Assembly: GCF_006345805.1 (NCBI RefSeq)
Contig: NC_043024.1
Span: 2,914,001-2,978,000, forward strand
DNA length: 64,000 nucleotides
DNA from: Octopus sinensis
Taxonomy: Eukaryota
Reading direction: 5' to 3'
Shown here: positions 16,809-27,636 of the stretch, in pieces
Layout of the letters: each line of letters opens with the position of its first letter
Position numbering within the stretch: position 1 is the stretch's first letter
Made by a program: the position numbers and the translations under genes
Notes under the pieces: generated by a model
What the model saw: only the letters and a program-made list of their open reading frames with translations
The model's database searches: none
What the model was told of the DNA's origin: nothing

Positions 16809-17513
16809 ATGTATTATACAGGAAAGAAATCATATCAGTGTGATATCTGTGGCAAATCATTCTCTCAAACATCTAGTTTGACTAATCACAAACGTATTCA
16901 TACAGGTGAGAAACCATATCAGTGTGATATCTGTGGTGAGTCATTCACTCAAAGCCATCATTTAACTACCCACAAATATGTTCATACTGGAGAAAAGCCA
17001 TATCACTGTGATATTTGTGGTAAATCATTCTCCGTTGGCAGTACTTTAACTAAACACAAACGTATTCATACAGGGGAGAAACCATATCATTGTGGTACCT
17101 GTGGCCAATCGTTCTCTCAAAATCATAACTTAATGACTCACAAACGTATTCATACAGGTGAGAAACCATATCAGTGTGATATCTGTGGTAAATCATTCTC
17201 TCACACTAGTGATGTAACTAAACATAAACGTATTCACACAGGAGAGAAACCATATCAGTGTGATATCTGCGGAGAATCATTCACTCAGAATCAAAATCTA
17301 ACGAGTCACAATCGTATTCATACAGGGGAGAAACCATATCACTGTGAAATCTGTGGCAGATCATTTTCTCAGAATCATCATTTATCTAATCACAATCGTA
17401 TTCATACAGGAGACAAACCATTTCACTGTGAAATCTGTGGCAGATCATTCGCTCAGAATCATCACTTATCTAAACACAAATGCGTTCTTATGGAGGAAAA
17501 AGAAAGTCAATAG
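16809..17513 (+). CDS. C2H2 zinc-finger protein, 8 finger units (gene C); the last lacks the second His (HKCVL)
   Basis: Open frame from the ATG at 16809, equivalent to 80 and 9312. The ORF track's start at 16764 is a GTG. Confidence 0.8.
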   Translation: MYYTGKKSYQCDICGKSFSQTSSLTNHKRIHTGEKPYQCDICGESFTQSHHLTTHKYVHTGEKPYHCDICGKSFSVGSTLTKHKRIHTGEKPYHCGTCGQSFSQNHNLMTHKRIHTGEKPYQCDICGKSFSHTSDVTKHKRIHTGEKPYQCDICGESFTQNQNLTSHNRIHTGEKPYHCEICGRSFSQNHHLSNHNRIHTGDKPFHCEICGRSFAQNHHLSKHKCVLMEEKESQ

Positions 17514-18315
17514 TTTCTTCCTTGCTTCACTAATTGTGCACATGAAAAAATATTTCTGAAAGCCATGGGTGCTGTAGTGTTGTTTTGTCCTTTATTTTAT
17601 AAACATGTCCATGGCTAGTTGGGGTATGGACTTAAAAAAAGTGACCAAAGTTGCCAGTCAGCAATCCATTACTGCCTTTCATCCAGGTCAAATTAAGGGA
17701 AAGATCTGTAGTGTATAGGATCTATTCTTCTATCTCAAGGTACATCTTCATGTTGTACCACAGTAACATGTTCAAGTTGGCATCTGTTTCATTAATGTAG
17801 GCAACAAGGGACCAAGAACAGATCCCTGTTGCAGATTTAATGTCATTGCATGAGGTGCAGAATGTTGTCCTTGTACCATGACCCCTTCTTTTCAACCAAG
17901 TCCCTCAAAAATCATTATTTAACTTGTCACAAATGTATACACACAGAAGAGGAACCTTTTATTATAAATGAAGTGTGTAATATTCTGTGTGAATTGCCAC
18001 AATTGTTTGTCATCACCTTTGTAAGGGCCAAAATCTTAAATGGTAACCTCATCAACCTTTGGAAATATTTATAATGTGAAATCTAAATAAAGCTGTTTTA
18101 CTCTTTAAGTATTCTTCTGTCATTTTGTATGTCCAACATCTAAAACCAAGACTTGTATTGACCCAGTCACAAACTAGACAAATCACAGACCCAATGAGTA
18201 TGAGATAAAAGGTTAACTCCACCATGCTTAGCTTTATAAGCTGTTCATTTCCATGTTCCAGCCCTTCTCAGCCCTCTTTTATCCATCCATCATAGTCTTA
18301 TAGGCCATTGCAGAG

Positions 18316-19016
18316 GAGTTTAAAACAGGTTGTCCCCAGGAACTGCCACATGCTGATCTAGTTCTCATAGCTGAATTTATAGGGGAATTAGACACTAAAC
18401 TCTACTTGTGAAGACCTGTTGGGGCAAGTGATATCAGAATTGAAATTGAACCAAATCCTATGACTGGCACCCGGCAGTTGCCAGGGCTGCTGGACTGACT
18501 CCTGTGCGGGTAGCAAGTGAAAAAGCACCATTTCGACCCTGTGCTTGAGGAGATCCATTGAGTAAAGTACACCAACATCCAAAATTAATGGAAACTGCAG
18601 TTATGATCCCTGTGCCGGTGGTACGTAAAAAGCACCACTTGAACGTGGCCGATGCCAGTGCCGCCTCGACTGTCTTCCGTGCCGGTGGCACGTAAAATGC
18701 ACCAATCCGATCGTGGCCATTGCCAGCCTTGCCTGTAGACATGACCACCACTCTAGAACTGGTGCCATTCAGCCCATGCTAGCATGGAAAATTGACAGAT
18801 GATAATGGTGGTGCAGGCTGAGTTCTTTCCAAGGACTGTAAAAAGCACCCACTACACTCACGAAGTGGTTGGCGTTAGGAAGGGCATCCAGCCGTAGAAA
18901 CATTGCCAGATAAGACTGGAGCCTGGTGCAGCCTTCTGGATTCCCAGATCCCCGGTCGAATCGTCCAACCCATGCTAGCATGGAAAGCGGAAGTTAAACG
19001 ATGATGATGATGATGA
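18316..19016 (+). mobile_element. RTE fragment: RT remnant joined to 3' UTR minisatellite and (GAT)n tail; marks the end of the triplicated homology
   Basis: gagtttaaaacaggttgtcccc...gctgatctagttctcatagctgaa corresponds to EFKTGCP...ADDLVLIAE. Tail gttaaacgatgatgatgatgatg at about 18995-19016. Confidence 0.75.
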
Positions 19017-19320
19017 ATTGGAGAAGCAATTCTAGGCATTTATAAAAAAACTAGCAGTAATACCCGTCGTTGAGTGGGTAATTACTTATACTCTTTCTTG
19101 TGAGCCACATTCAAAGTATTATTATATACATAATTTACTCTTTCTGTATGTGTATATTTTTATAAGAGAGAAATATATAACAATTAAAGTAGAAAAAAGA
19201 TCAATTTCATACAAGAACTTCCTGTTGTATGTGAGTATTTTATAAAAGAAAAATATATAATAATTGAAATATTAAAATTTCTAAGTCTCTCTAAAGGAGA
19301 CTACGGCAGCTGGTACTGGA

Positions 19321-19550
19321 TATTAATAGTTATCGCCAAGCTAATATGGTAGTCCATAAATATAGGACGAATGCTGCCGTTGATTAGTTCCAAGGGGAAG
19401 TGGCTGACCTCCCCTGTTCGAAGGTTATAATGGACACAGGTTGGTGTGTCATGTAGCTAGCTAGAGGTGATGGCCTCTTGGAGCTAATCAACGGCAGCTT
19501 TCGTCCTATATTTCTGGATTGCCATATTAGCTTGGCGATAACTATTAATA
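19321..19550. mobile_element. MITE with about 73-bp TIRs, probable TA TSD (Tc1/mariner-like)
   Basis: tattaatagttatcgccaagctaatatgg...gctgccgttgattagttccaag mirrored at 19478-19550. Confidence 0.7.
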
Positions 19551-19683
19551 TATAATAATTGAAATAAGAAAAAGATGGAGTTTCATTCTTGAATGTAATG
19601 ATAGTAATGGCAGATTAAGTTGTTGATGTATTCATGTTGCATTAAGAGTAAATTTAAAATTCTTCAGAATTCTTCAGTGTACT

Positions 19684-20310
19684 CATTGCCAACCCTCATC
19701 TTACAGCGTCCCTGTACATGGCTTGCATGGCTCTCACTAACCATTCATCTATCCCTAGTTTCCTCATTGACCACCAGATAAGGGATTGGGGGACCCTGTC
19801 GAAGGCTTTCTCCATGTCAACAAAAGCCAGGTACAGGGGCTTATCTTTGGCCAGCTATTTCTCCTGCAGCTGTCTTACCAGGAATATAGCATCAGTGGTG
19901 CTTTTCCCTGGTACGAACCCAAACTGCATCTCATCTAGACTGACCCTCTCCCTAATTAGTTGGGCTATGACCCTCATAACCTGATGTAACAACTTGATAC
20001 CTCTGTAATTATTTCTATCTAAAGGGTCACCTTTTATTTTGTAGCAGTTGACTGCTACACCAGTCGTTGGGTATGACTCCTTCGTGTATCACCTGGTTAA
20101 CTATATGGGTGACTAAGCTATAGCCGACACTGCCAGATATTTTGAGCATCTCTGCAGTAATACCTGATGGGCCTGGGGCTTTCCCTGTTTTCATGCTTGT
20201 AATTGCCTTAACTACTAAGGAACTGTCAACTCGGATTGCTGGTCCCTCTGTTGGGTCGACATTCGGCAGACCCTCTTTATCCCATTCATTTTCTTTATTC
20301 AGCAACCTTT
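19684..20310 (-). mobile_element. RTE LINE reverse-transcriptase fragment
   Basis: KTGKAPGPSGITAEMLK...QFGFVPGKSTTDAIFLVRQLQEKYL...YLAFVDMEKAFDRVP across frames. Confidence 0.85.
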
Positions 20311-20324
20311 CATAGTTGGATGGA

Positions 20325-20682
20325 TGGAAGCACTCCGTCGGTTACGACGACGAGGGTTCCGGTTGATCCGATCAACAGAACAGCCTGCTCGTGAAATTAA
20401 CGTGTAAGTGGCTGAGCACTCCACAGACACGTGTACCCTTAACGCAGTTCTCGGGGATATTCAGCGTGACAAGGCCGGCCCCTTTGAAATACAGGCACAA
20501 CAGAAACAGGAAGTAAGAGTGAGAGAAAGTTGTGGTGAAAGAGTACAGCAGGGATCACCACCATCCCCTGCCGGAGCCTCGTGGGGCTTTTAGGTGTTTT
20601 CGCTCAATAAACACACACAACGCCCGGTCTGGGAATCGAAACCGCGAGTTCACTGCCCTAACCACTGGGCCATTGCGCCTCC
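20325..20682 (-). mobile_element. tRNA-derived SINE, third family (single copy here)
   Basis: Head ggaggcgcaatggcccagtggttagggc (A box) ...ggtttcgattccc (B box), then a unique body ending in gtaaccgacggagtgc. No acceptor-stem partner follows the T arm. Confidence 0.7.
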
Positions 20683-20835
20683 ACACACGGACATTAACGA
20701 GATGAATGATAATGATACAAAGATAAGGATGGGAGAAGACAGAAAGCGCCCCCCGACCCTCTGCTTCTCTATAACATTTTTCTTTCACAACCATACACTT
20801 GAGGTATTAAACCTCTTACGATTTTTCAATATTTA

Positions 20836-21190
20836 GTAAGCAGCTTGCTTACCAACCGCATGGTTCTGGGTTCAGTCCCACTGTGTGGCACCTTGGGCAA
20901 GTGTCTTCTACTATAGCCTCGAGCCGACCAAAGCCTTGTCAGTGGATTTGGTAGATGGAAACTGAAAGAAGCCCGTCGTATATATGTATGGGTGTCTGTG
21001 TTTGTCCCCCCAACATCGCTTGATGACCGATGGTGGTGTGTTCACATCCCAGTAACTTAGCGGTTCGGCAAAAGCGACCGATAGAATAAGTACTAGGCTT
21101 ACAAAGAATAAGTCCCGGGGTCGATTTGCTCGACTAAATGTGGTGCTCCAGCATGGCCGCAGTCAAATGACTGAAACAAGTAAAAGAGTA
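20836..21190 (+). mobile_element. SINE S1
   Basis: Matches the S1 consensus through the gtaaaagagtaaaa tail. Confidence 0.75.
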
Positions 21191-21485
21191 AAAATAAACA
21201 AAGTCTTATTGTTAATTTTGTTTCATTTTGGAAAATGAAAATTTATTTCATGGTTTATTATTGTTTATATTTTGAACTATTTATGTATTCTTGAAGGTAC
21301 CAAAACCTTTTAAGTGCTTAGGGTCTCTATGGGCCTCAATCCAGCCTTGCTGATATACTTCCCTTCTGTATGAATACAATTGTGTTGACTAAGTTTACCT
21401 TTTCTGTTTGAATGCATTAGAGTTGCAACAACTGAGCACTTGGAGAGAATGATTAACCAACAATATCTTAGGGTATGGTTTTATC

Positions 21486-22105
21486 TTTCACATCAATGAA
21501 ACTACAATGGAAATTGTAGTTGTGATCCCTGTGCCGGTAGCACATAAAAAGCACCAGCCGAACGTGGCCGATGCCAGCACCGCCTAGACTGGCTTCCGTG
21601 CCAGTGGCACATAAAAAGCACCATCCGAATGTGGCCATTGCCAGTGCCGCCTTGACTGGCTTCCGTGCCTGTGGCACATAAAAAGCACCATCCGAATGTG
21701 GCCATTGCCAGTGCCGCCTTGACTGGCTTCTGTGCCGGTGGCACGTAAAAAGCACCAATCCAATCGTGACCATTGCCAGCCTCGCCTGGCACCTGAGCAG
21801 GTGGCATGTAAAAAGCACCCACTACACTCATGGATTGGTTGGCGTTAGGAAGGGCATCCAGCTGTAGAAACTGCCAGATCAGACTGGAGCCTGGTGCAGC
21901 CTCCTGGCTTCCCAGACCCCAGTCAAACTGTCCAACCCATGCTAGCATGGAAAACGGACGTTAAACAATGATGATGATGATGATGATGATATGATGCCAG
22001 ATCAAGATTGAAGCCCGGTGCAGCCATCTGGTTCGCCAGCCCTCAGTCAAATCGTCCAACCCATGCTAGCATGGAAAACGGACCTTAAACGATGATGATG
22101 ATGAT
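21486..22105 (+). mobile_element. RTE 3' UTR with about 5 minisatellite units and two successive (GAT)n tails, in the 3' UTR of gene D
   Basis: Repeated gtgcc(a/g)gtggcacataaaaagcaccatccgaa units. Tails at about 21965-21995 and 22087-22105. Confidence 0.75.
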
Positions 22106-22116
22106 CAGTGTGACAG

Positions 22117-23367
22117 TTAACTCATTGATAATTCATCATTTTGAAAGAACGATTTAGGAGGGACTTCAGATTTCTCTCTTGCATGAATTCGTTTGTGTTT
22201 AGTTAAGCTACTCCCAACAGAGAATGATTTCCCGCAGACGTCGCAATGATACGGCTTCTCTGCCGAATGAACACGTTTATGAACTGTTAAATGATAGTTT
22301 CTCGAGAATGATTTACCGCAAATATCACAATACGGTTTCTCACCCGTGTGTAAGCGTTTGTGGATAGCAAATTCATTATTCCGAGCAAACGATTTCCCAC
22401 AGGTATCACACAGGTAAGGCTTCTCACCTGTATGGATACGCTTGTGAATAGCCAAGCTATCTCGGTTAGACAATGATTTACTACAAATATCACACTGATA
22501 TGGCTTCTCACCTGTATGAACACGTTTGTGACTAACCAAGCATCGATTTTCGTAGAACGATTTACCACAGATGTCACAGTGATACGGTTTCTCCCCTGTA
22601 TGAAGGCGTTTGTGTCGAGTTAACCTGCTGCCATCAGAGAATGATTTACTACAGATATCACAATAAAACGGTCTCTCACCTGTATGAATACGTTTGTGAG
22701 TAATCAAGCTAGACGCAGCGGAGAATGATTTACCACAGGTGTCACAGTGATAAGGTTTCTCTCCTGAATGAATATGTTTGTGAGTAGTTAAGTTACTTGT
22801 AGCGGAGAATGATTTACCACAGATATCACAGTGGTACGGTTTTTCTCCTGTATGGGTGCGTTTATGTTTCGTGACGGTACTCCCTGTCGAGAATGCCTTA
22901 CCACAGATATCACAATGATATGGTTTCTCCCCGGTATGAATGCGTACGTGAGTAGTTAGATCCCTATTTTGAGTGAATGATTTACCACAAGTGTCACAAT
23001 GATATGGTTTCTCTCCCGTATGAATATATTTGTGTATGTTTAACTTATCTCTTCGAGAGAATGATTGCCCACAGATATCACAGTGATATGGTTTCTCTCC
23101 TGTATGAATTCGTACGTGTTTAATTAAACTACCTCCAAGGGAGAACGATTTTCCACAGATGTCACAATGATATGGTTTCTCCCCTGTATGAATGCGTTTG
23201 TGACTGACTAAATCTGAATTTTGATAGAAAGATTTTCCACAGGTATCGCAGTGATGTTGTTTCTCACCTCTCTGAATGCATTTGTGTTGGTTGAGTTTAC
23301 CTTCATTTGAAAATGATGTTTTGCTGGTGTCACAGTCATGTAACGATTTTCCTAATTCTTCCGACAT
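22117..23367 (-). CDS. C2H2 zinc-finger protein (gene D), 13 intact fingers plus 1 degenerate N-terminal finger, 416 aa
   Basis: Open ORF of diverse fingers. The ATG lies 2 nt after a ttttcctgcAG acceptor at 23371-23370. Confidence 0.9.
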   Translation of the reverse strand: MSEELGKSLHDCDTSKTSFSNEGKLNQHKCIQRGEKQHHCDTCGKSFYQNSDLVSHKRIHTGEKPYHCDICGKSFSLGGSLIKHVRIHTGEKPYHCDICGQSFSRRDKLNIHKYIHTGEKPYHCDTCGKSFTQNRDLTTHVRIHTGEKPYHCDICGKAFSTGSTVTKHKRTHTGEKPYHCDICGKSFSATSNLTTHKHIHSGEKPYHCDTCGKSFSAASSLITHKRIHTGERPFYCDICSKSFSDGSRLTRHKRLHTGEKPYHCDICGKSFYENRCLVSHKRVHTGEKPYQCDICSKSLSNRDSLAIHKRIHTGEKPYLCDTCGKSFARNNEFAIHKRLHTGEKPYCDICGKSFSRNYHLTVHKRVHSAEKPYHCDVCGKSFSVGSSLTKHKRIHAREKSEVPPKSFFQNDELSMS

Positions 23368-23369
23368 CT

Positions 23370-23783
23370 CTGCAGGAAAAATAAAATCAATCCGTCAATA
23401 ACTTTTCAAAAATGTCTCTCCTCTCACCAAAATTTATGGATATTTTTCTTCTTTTTGCTTTAATAGTTAATTCCAAACAAATATCACTTCTCTTATATTT
23501 CTTCTAAATGTGATCAATGCCAATATTTAAAAATGCCGCAAATACTCTTTGTAAATCCATCAAAGTATATTTAAAAGAGAAAATTATCTCTTGCACATTT
23601 CAGACACAGAAGTAAAGAAATGCTTTCTCTCTCAGAGGAAATATTTTACTGTAATTCAGCAATGTTTTCTAGAAGCAGGATTATACGTTTGTAGAATATC
23701 TTTGCAGAGTCTTTCAAACATGATACATATTGATGATTCTTTAAAAGTAAAAAATACTTTTTAGCCAATTTCATGTGATTTTT
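23370..23783 (-). other. Leader exon region of gene D (acceptor ctttcAG at 23785-23784), containing the 87-nt invariant block 23687-23773
   Basis: Near-identical to 32700-33097, 61790-62221 and 55200-55440. Confidence 0.55.
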
Positions 23784-24021
23784 CTGAAAGAATAGAAAAA
23801 ATAATATAAGACATCAAGTATGTTTAAAAGGCAGATATTCAAAAGTGCAAATTTACAACATTTCTGTTTTCATAAATTGCTGAAGTAAACCTTTAACTGA
23901 ACTTTTTAAACTTATCCAATTGGGACAAGTCGATTACGTCAACACCAGTGGTTTTCTGACACATTAATTTATGGACCCATAACAGATAAAAGATAAAATT
24001 AATCTCGGCAAGATTCGACCC

Positions 24022-24345
24022 TGTGCATGAGGAGACCTATCGAGTCAAGTACATCAACATCAAAAATCAATGGAAACTGTAGTTGTGATCCCTGTGCCGG
24101 TGGCACGTAAAAGGCACCATCCGAACGTGGCCGATGCCAGCCTTGCCTGGCACCTATGCTGGTGGCACGTAAAAAGCACCCACTACACTCACGGAGTGGT
24201 TGGCGTTAGGAAGGGCATCCAGCTGTAGAAACACTGCCAGATCAGATTGGAGCCTGGTGCAGTCTCCTGGCTTCCTAGATCCCAGTCAAACCGTCCAACC
24301 CATGCTAGCATGGAAGGCGGACGTTAAACAATGATGATGACGGTG
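24022..24345 (+). mobile_element. RTE 3' UTR fragment nested in an old S2 SINE
   Basis: Minisatellite unit, gttggcgttaggaagggcatccagc block and gttaaacaatgatgatga tail. Confidence 0.7.
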
Positions 24346-24592
24346 ATTTCGACTCAGGATGTAAGAATCAAAAGCAATGCCGACGCTAAGCAATTTTCCA
24401 AACGAGCTGACATTTCTACAAGGTCACTACCTTGAGTGAAGAACTAATATTCATTCTCTGGTGAGGAAAACCAAAATCTTTCGCTGTAAATTACAGATGT
24501 TCCAAACAAAATACACTTCATTATCGACAAGATATTCATCCAAGACTTGGGATAAACACAGTAGCGATCGATAACCAAACCTAGGGGAAGCG

Positions 24593-25199
24593 GGTACTAC
24601 TTGAGAACAATGGTCCCGGTGCGCGCACTCGCGCTAACTAGTAGATCCTACAACGACTACGTAGCAAAGTAAATAAAATACAAAATAAATAATTTGTTAA
24701 ACAAAGGCGCAGGAGTGGCTGTGTGGTAAGTAGCTTGCTTACCAACCACATGGTTCCGGGTTCAGTCCCATTGCGTGGCACCTTAGGCAAGTGTCTTCTA
24801 CTATAGCCTCAGGCCGACCAAAGCCTTGTGAGTGGATTTGGTAGACGGAAACTGAAAGAAGCCCGTCGTATATATGTATATATATATGTGCGTGTTTGTG
24901 TTTGTCCCCCTAGCATTGCTTGACAACCGATGCTGGTGTGTTTACGTCCCCGTGTCACCTAGCGGTTCGGCAAAAGTGACCGATAGAATAAGTACTGGGC
25001 TTACAAAAAAGAATAAGTCCCGGGGTCGAGTTGCTCGATTAAAGGCGGTGCTCCAGCATGGCCGCAGTCAAATGACTGAAACAAGTAAAAGAGTAAAGTA
25101 AATAAAACACAAAGTAAGGATCGACTAGTCATGACTAGCTAGCGCGGATGCACAAGTACGCGAGTGCGCGCACCGGGACCACTTTTCTCAAGTAGTACC
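24593..25199. mobile_element. Merlin-family MITE with a 9-bp TSD, carrying an S1 SINE insertion (24706-25094)
   Basis: TIR ggtactacttgagaa(c/a)a(a/g)tggtcccggtgcgcgcactcgcg at both ends. Exact TSD ggggaagcg at 24584-24592 and 25200-25208. Confidence 0.9.
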
Positions 25200-26080
25200 G
25201 GGGAAGCGTTTGTTAGCTGAAATCACCCGTAGACGGGTTAATTTCTAAGAAATTAAACCCGTCAGAGTTCAACCGGGCAATTTATTATTGCCGACGGGAG
25301 CTGGTCCGCAATCGTCGTAAAGTCGACAACGACCTGCATTGGTTAATGAGGACAATTAAATTAGTGAAGATATTTCTCCAAACGTAATTATTTTACTTAA
25401 ATTTTTTTACCACTTTAATGTTTACCCTTTTAAAATTAGAATATCCGTGTTTTGTCTTTTATTATTTTTAAAAATCATTAAATCTTATGAGTGATATTTT
25501 TCATCGTTATTGTTTCGAAACGAAAACGAAATATTGTCTAATTCCAAGAGTGGAAAATACATTCTTATTAAAAGTAGACGTATTTCGAAGAGAGGAGAGA
25601 GAAAAAGAATAATTAATTTCAAATAACATTAAGGAAAAAGATATTAACTACAAGTTGTAATGATGCAGAGGAACCAACAGCAATAAATATTTCCAAATTT
25701 TCAAATAAATGTTCCATTTCTTCAGCTAGTGCTATTTCCTTTTCGTTTCAGTATTTCAAGTACACGATCGTAGTTTTATACATTACCCATTTCTTTCAAA
25801 TTTCATCGGAATTTTTCAACATTTAATTAAATTATCGAATTTATCAGAGATAAAGAGAAATTTAGTTCGAATATGGTATTGATCTGATGTTAAGAATATA
25901 GGAAATAACCAAAACTGCAATGGAATGTCTAAAAACAAGAACAATACAATGAAAGTATTAAAATAATATAATTTCGTCTTTGTTTAGTGAGATTCTTTTA
26001 ATTTATTGAACACATCGGAAGAAATCGATGCACGTAATATGACACATATACACTAAAAATATTTATATAATAAATACAAT

Positions 26081-26300
26081 ACTTACATGGTAATATATAT
26101 ACATATGTATAGAGTCAACGAGGAAGCTGTGAAGAACTTAAGTCAAGTGGATAATTAATAGCTTCAAGAGAATTCCTAAGTTTTTTTATAACAAACTTTG
26201 ATTCATATTTTCCAGGTCAATATATAAAAAAACGAATGTTGTTTCTATATCTTTACACAGTTAATTGTATATTTAATTGGGTTTCCACTTAATTATCAGT
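26081..26300 (-). other. Predicted non-coding exon 1 and GTAAGT donor (26086) of gene D; upper limit approximate
   Basis: Paralogous to 34791-35000 and to 6600-6808 on the opposite strand. Intron 25480-26080 is paralogous to 33760-34790. Confidence 0.55.
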
Positions 26301-26495
26301 AATAAAGTGGAGGCGATCGAGCAGGACAGACGTGGATGAAGAAACCACAGAATTGGGAGGATTTAGCAATTAAGTGACTACGGGAGCTAACTCTATGAGT
26401 CTCAGGCAGCCTGGCATTACTTAATACGGTTTTATACTAGCGAGCACCTGTCGTCAAAAATAGCCGTCGATCTTTCGATACTAGTAACATAACTG

Positions 26496-27636
26496 GGTTC
26501 CTTTCGGTTTGAACGGTAGTTTTTTAACATAATTTCTAGGTAACTAAAAAATTTTAAACTTCGTATACTGGTAGAATGTGTTTATAAAACATCTTTTTCT
26601 CTTGGCTTTATTGAGAAAATTCTATAGTTTGTAAGATATTTGTTGTTTTTTTTCCTTCAATTTTTGCAATTTCAACCAATCAATGACGTCCATTGAGGTA
26701 AAAAAATTCTGTGTCGTATGAATATGTCCCTCGTTTAAGAAACAGGATCTTTTCGGTTTGAACGACAGTTTTTAAAAATAATTTCCACGTAACTAAACAC
26801 TTTTAAACTTCGTATACTGGTAGAATGTGTTTATAAAACATCTTTTTCTCTTGGCTTTATTGAGAAAATTCTATAGTTTGTAAGATATTTGTTGTTTTCT
26901 TTTTCTTCAATTTCAACCAATCAATGACGTCCATTGAGGTAAAAAAAAATATTCTGTGCCGTATGAATATGTCCCTCATTTAAGAAACAGGATCTTTTCG
27001 GTTTGAACGGCAGTTTTTAAAAATAATTTCCACGTAACTAAACACTTTTAAACTTCGTATACTGGTAGAATGTGTTTATAAAACATCTTTTTCTCTTGGC
27101 TTTATTGAGAAAATTCTATAGTTTGTAAGATATTTGTTGTTTTCTTTTTCTTCAATTTCAACCAATCAATGACGTCCATTGAGGTAAAAAAAAATATTCT
27201 GTGCCGTATGAATATGTCCCTCGTTTAAGAAACAGGATTTTTTCGGTTTGAACGGCAGTTTTTAAAAATAATTTCCACATAACTAAACACTTTTAAACTT
27301 CGTATACTGGTAGAATGTGTTTATAAAACATCTTTTTCTCTTGGCTTTATTGAGAAAATTCTATAGTTTGTAAGACATTTGTTGTTTTTTTTCCTTCAAT
27401 TTCAACCAATCAATGACGTCTATTGAGGTGAAAACATTCTGTACCGTATGAATATGTCCCTCGTTTAAGAAACAGATTGGGTTTATTTACATTTGTGAAG
27501 AAAAAAGATACCCTTTCCCCTAACCCCAACCCTAAAACACATTGAAATGCAATAGATCGATACTAGGGTCATAATTATGGGTGACAATTTCATATGACAC
27601 CGCTAGAAAAAACTGCTGTTCAAACCGATAAGATCC
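26496..27636. repeat. DNA-transposon derivative whose left arm is amplified into 4 tandem units of about 245 bp
   Basis: Units start at 26496, 26745, 26990 and 27235 with gg(a/t)tc(t/c)tttcggtttgaacg. A single right TIR ctgctgttcaaaccgataagatcc ends at 27636. The arm is related to the MITE at 5607-6021. Confidence 0.85.

Noticed and set aside
20600-20682. tRNA gene candidates (also the heads of S1 and S2 copies)
   Set aside because: A/B-box-like motifs are present, but no complete cloverleaf or acceptor stem forms, and each runs into a repeated SINE body.
23646-23774. Conserved 42-aa micropeptide in the leader
   Set aside because: It stops at codon 36 in genes E and F and the ATG is lost in the orphan. 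Conservation is at nucleotide level with no synonymous variation to indicate coding selection.
23720-23787. C/D-box snoRNA in the invariant block (TGATGA...CTGA on +)
   Set aside because: It is antisense to the host gene, the box spacing is under 60 nt, and there is no terminal stem. Kept only as a remote alternative.
26496-27480. Regular repeat array as a possible CRISPR
   Set aside because: Units are about 245 bp and contiguous with no unique spacers, in a eukaryotic context with no cas genes. The finger arrays and RTE minisatellites fail for the same reason.
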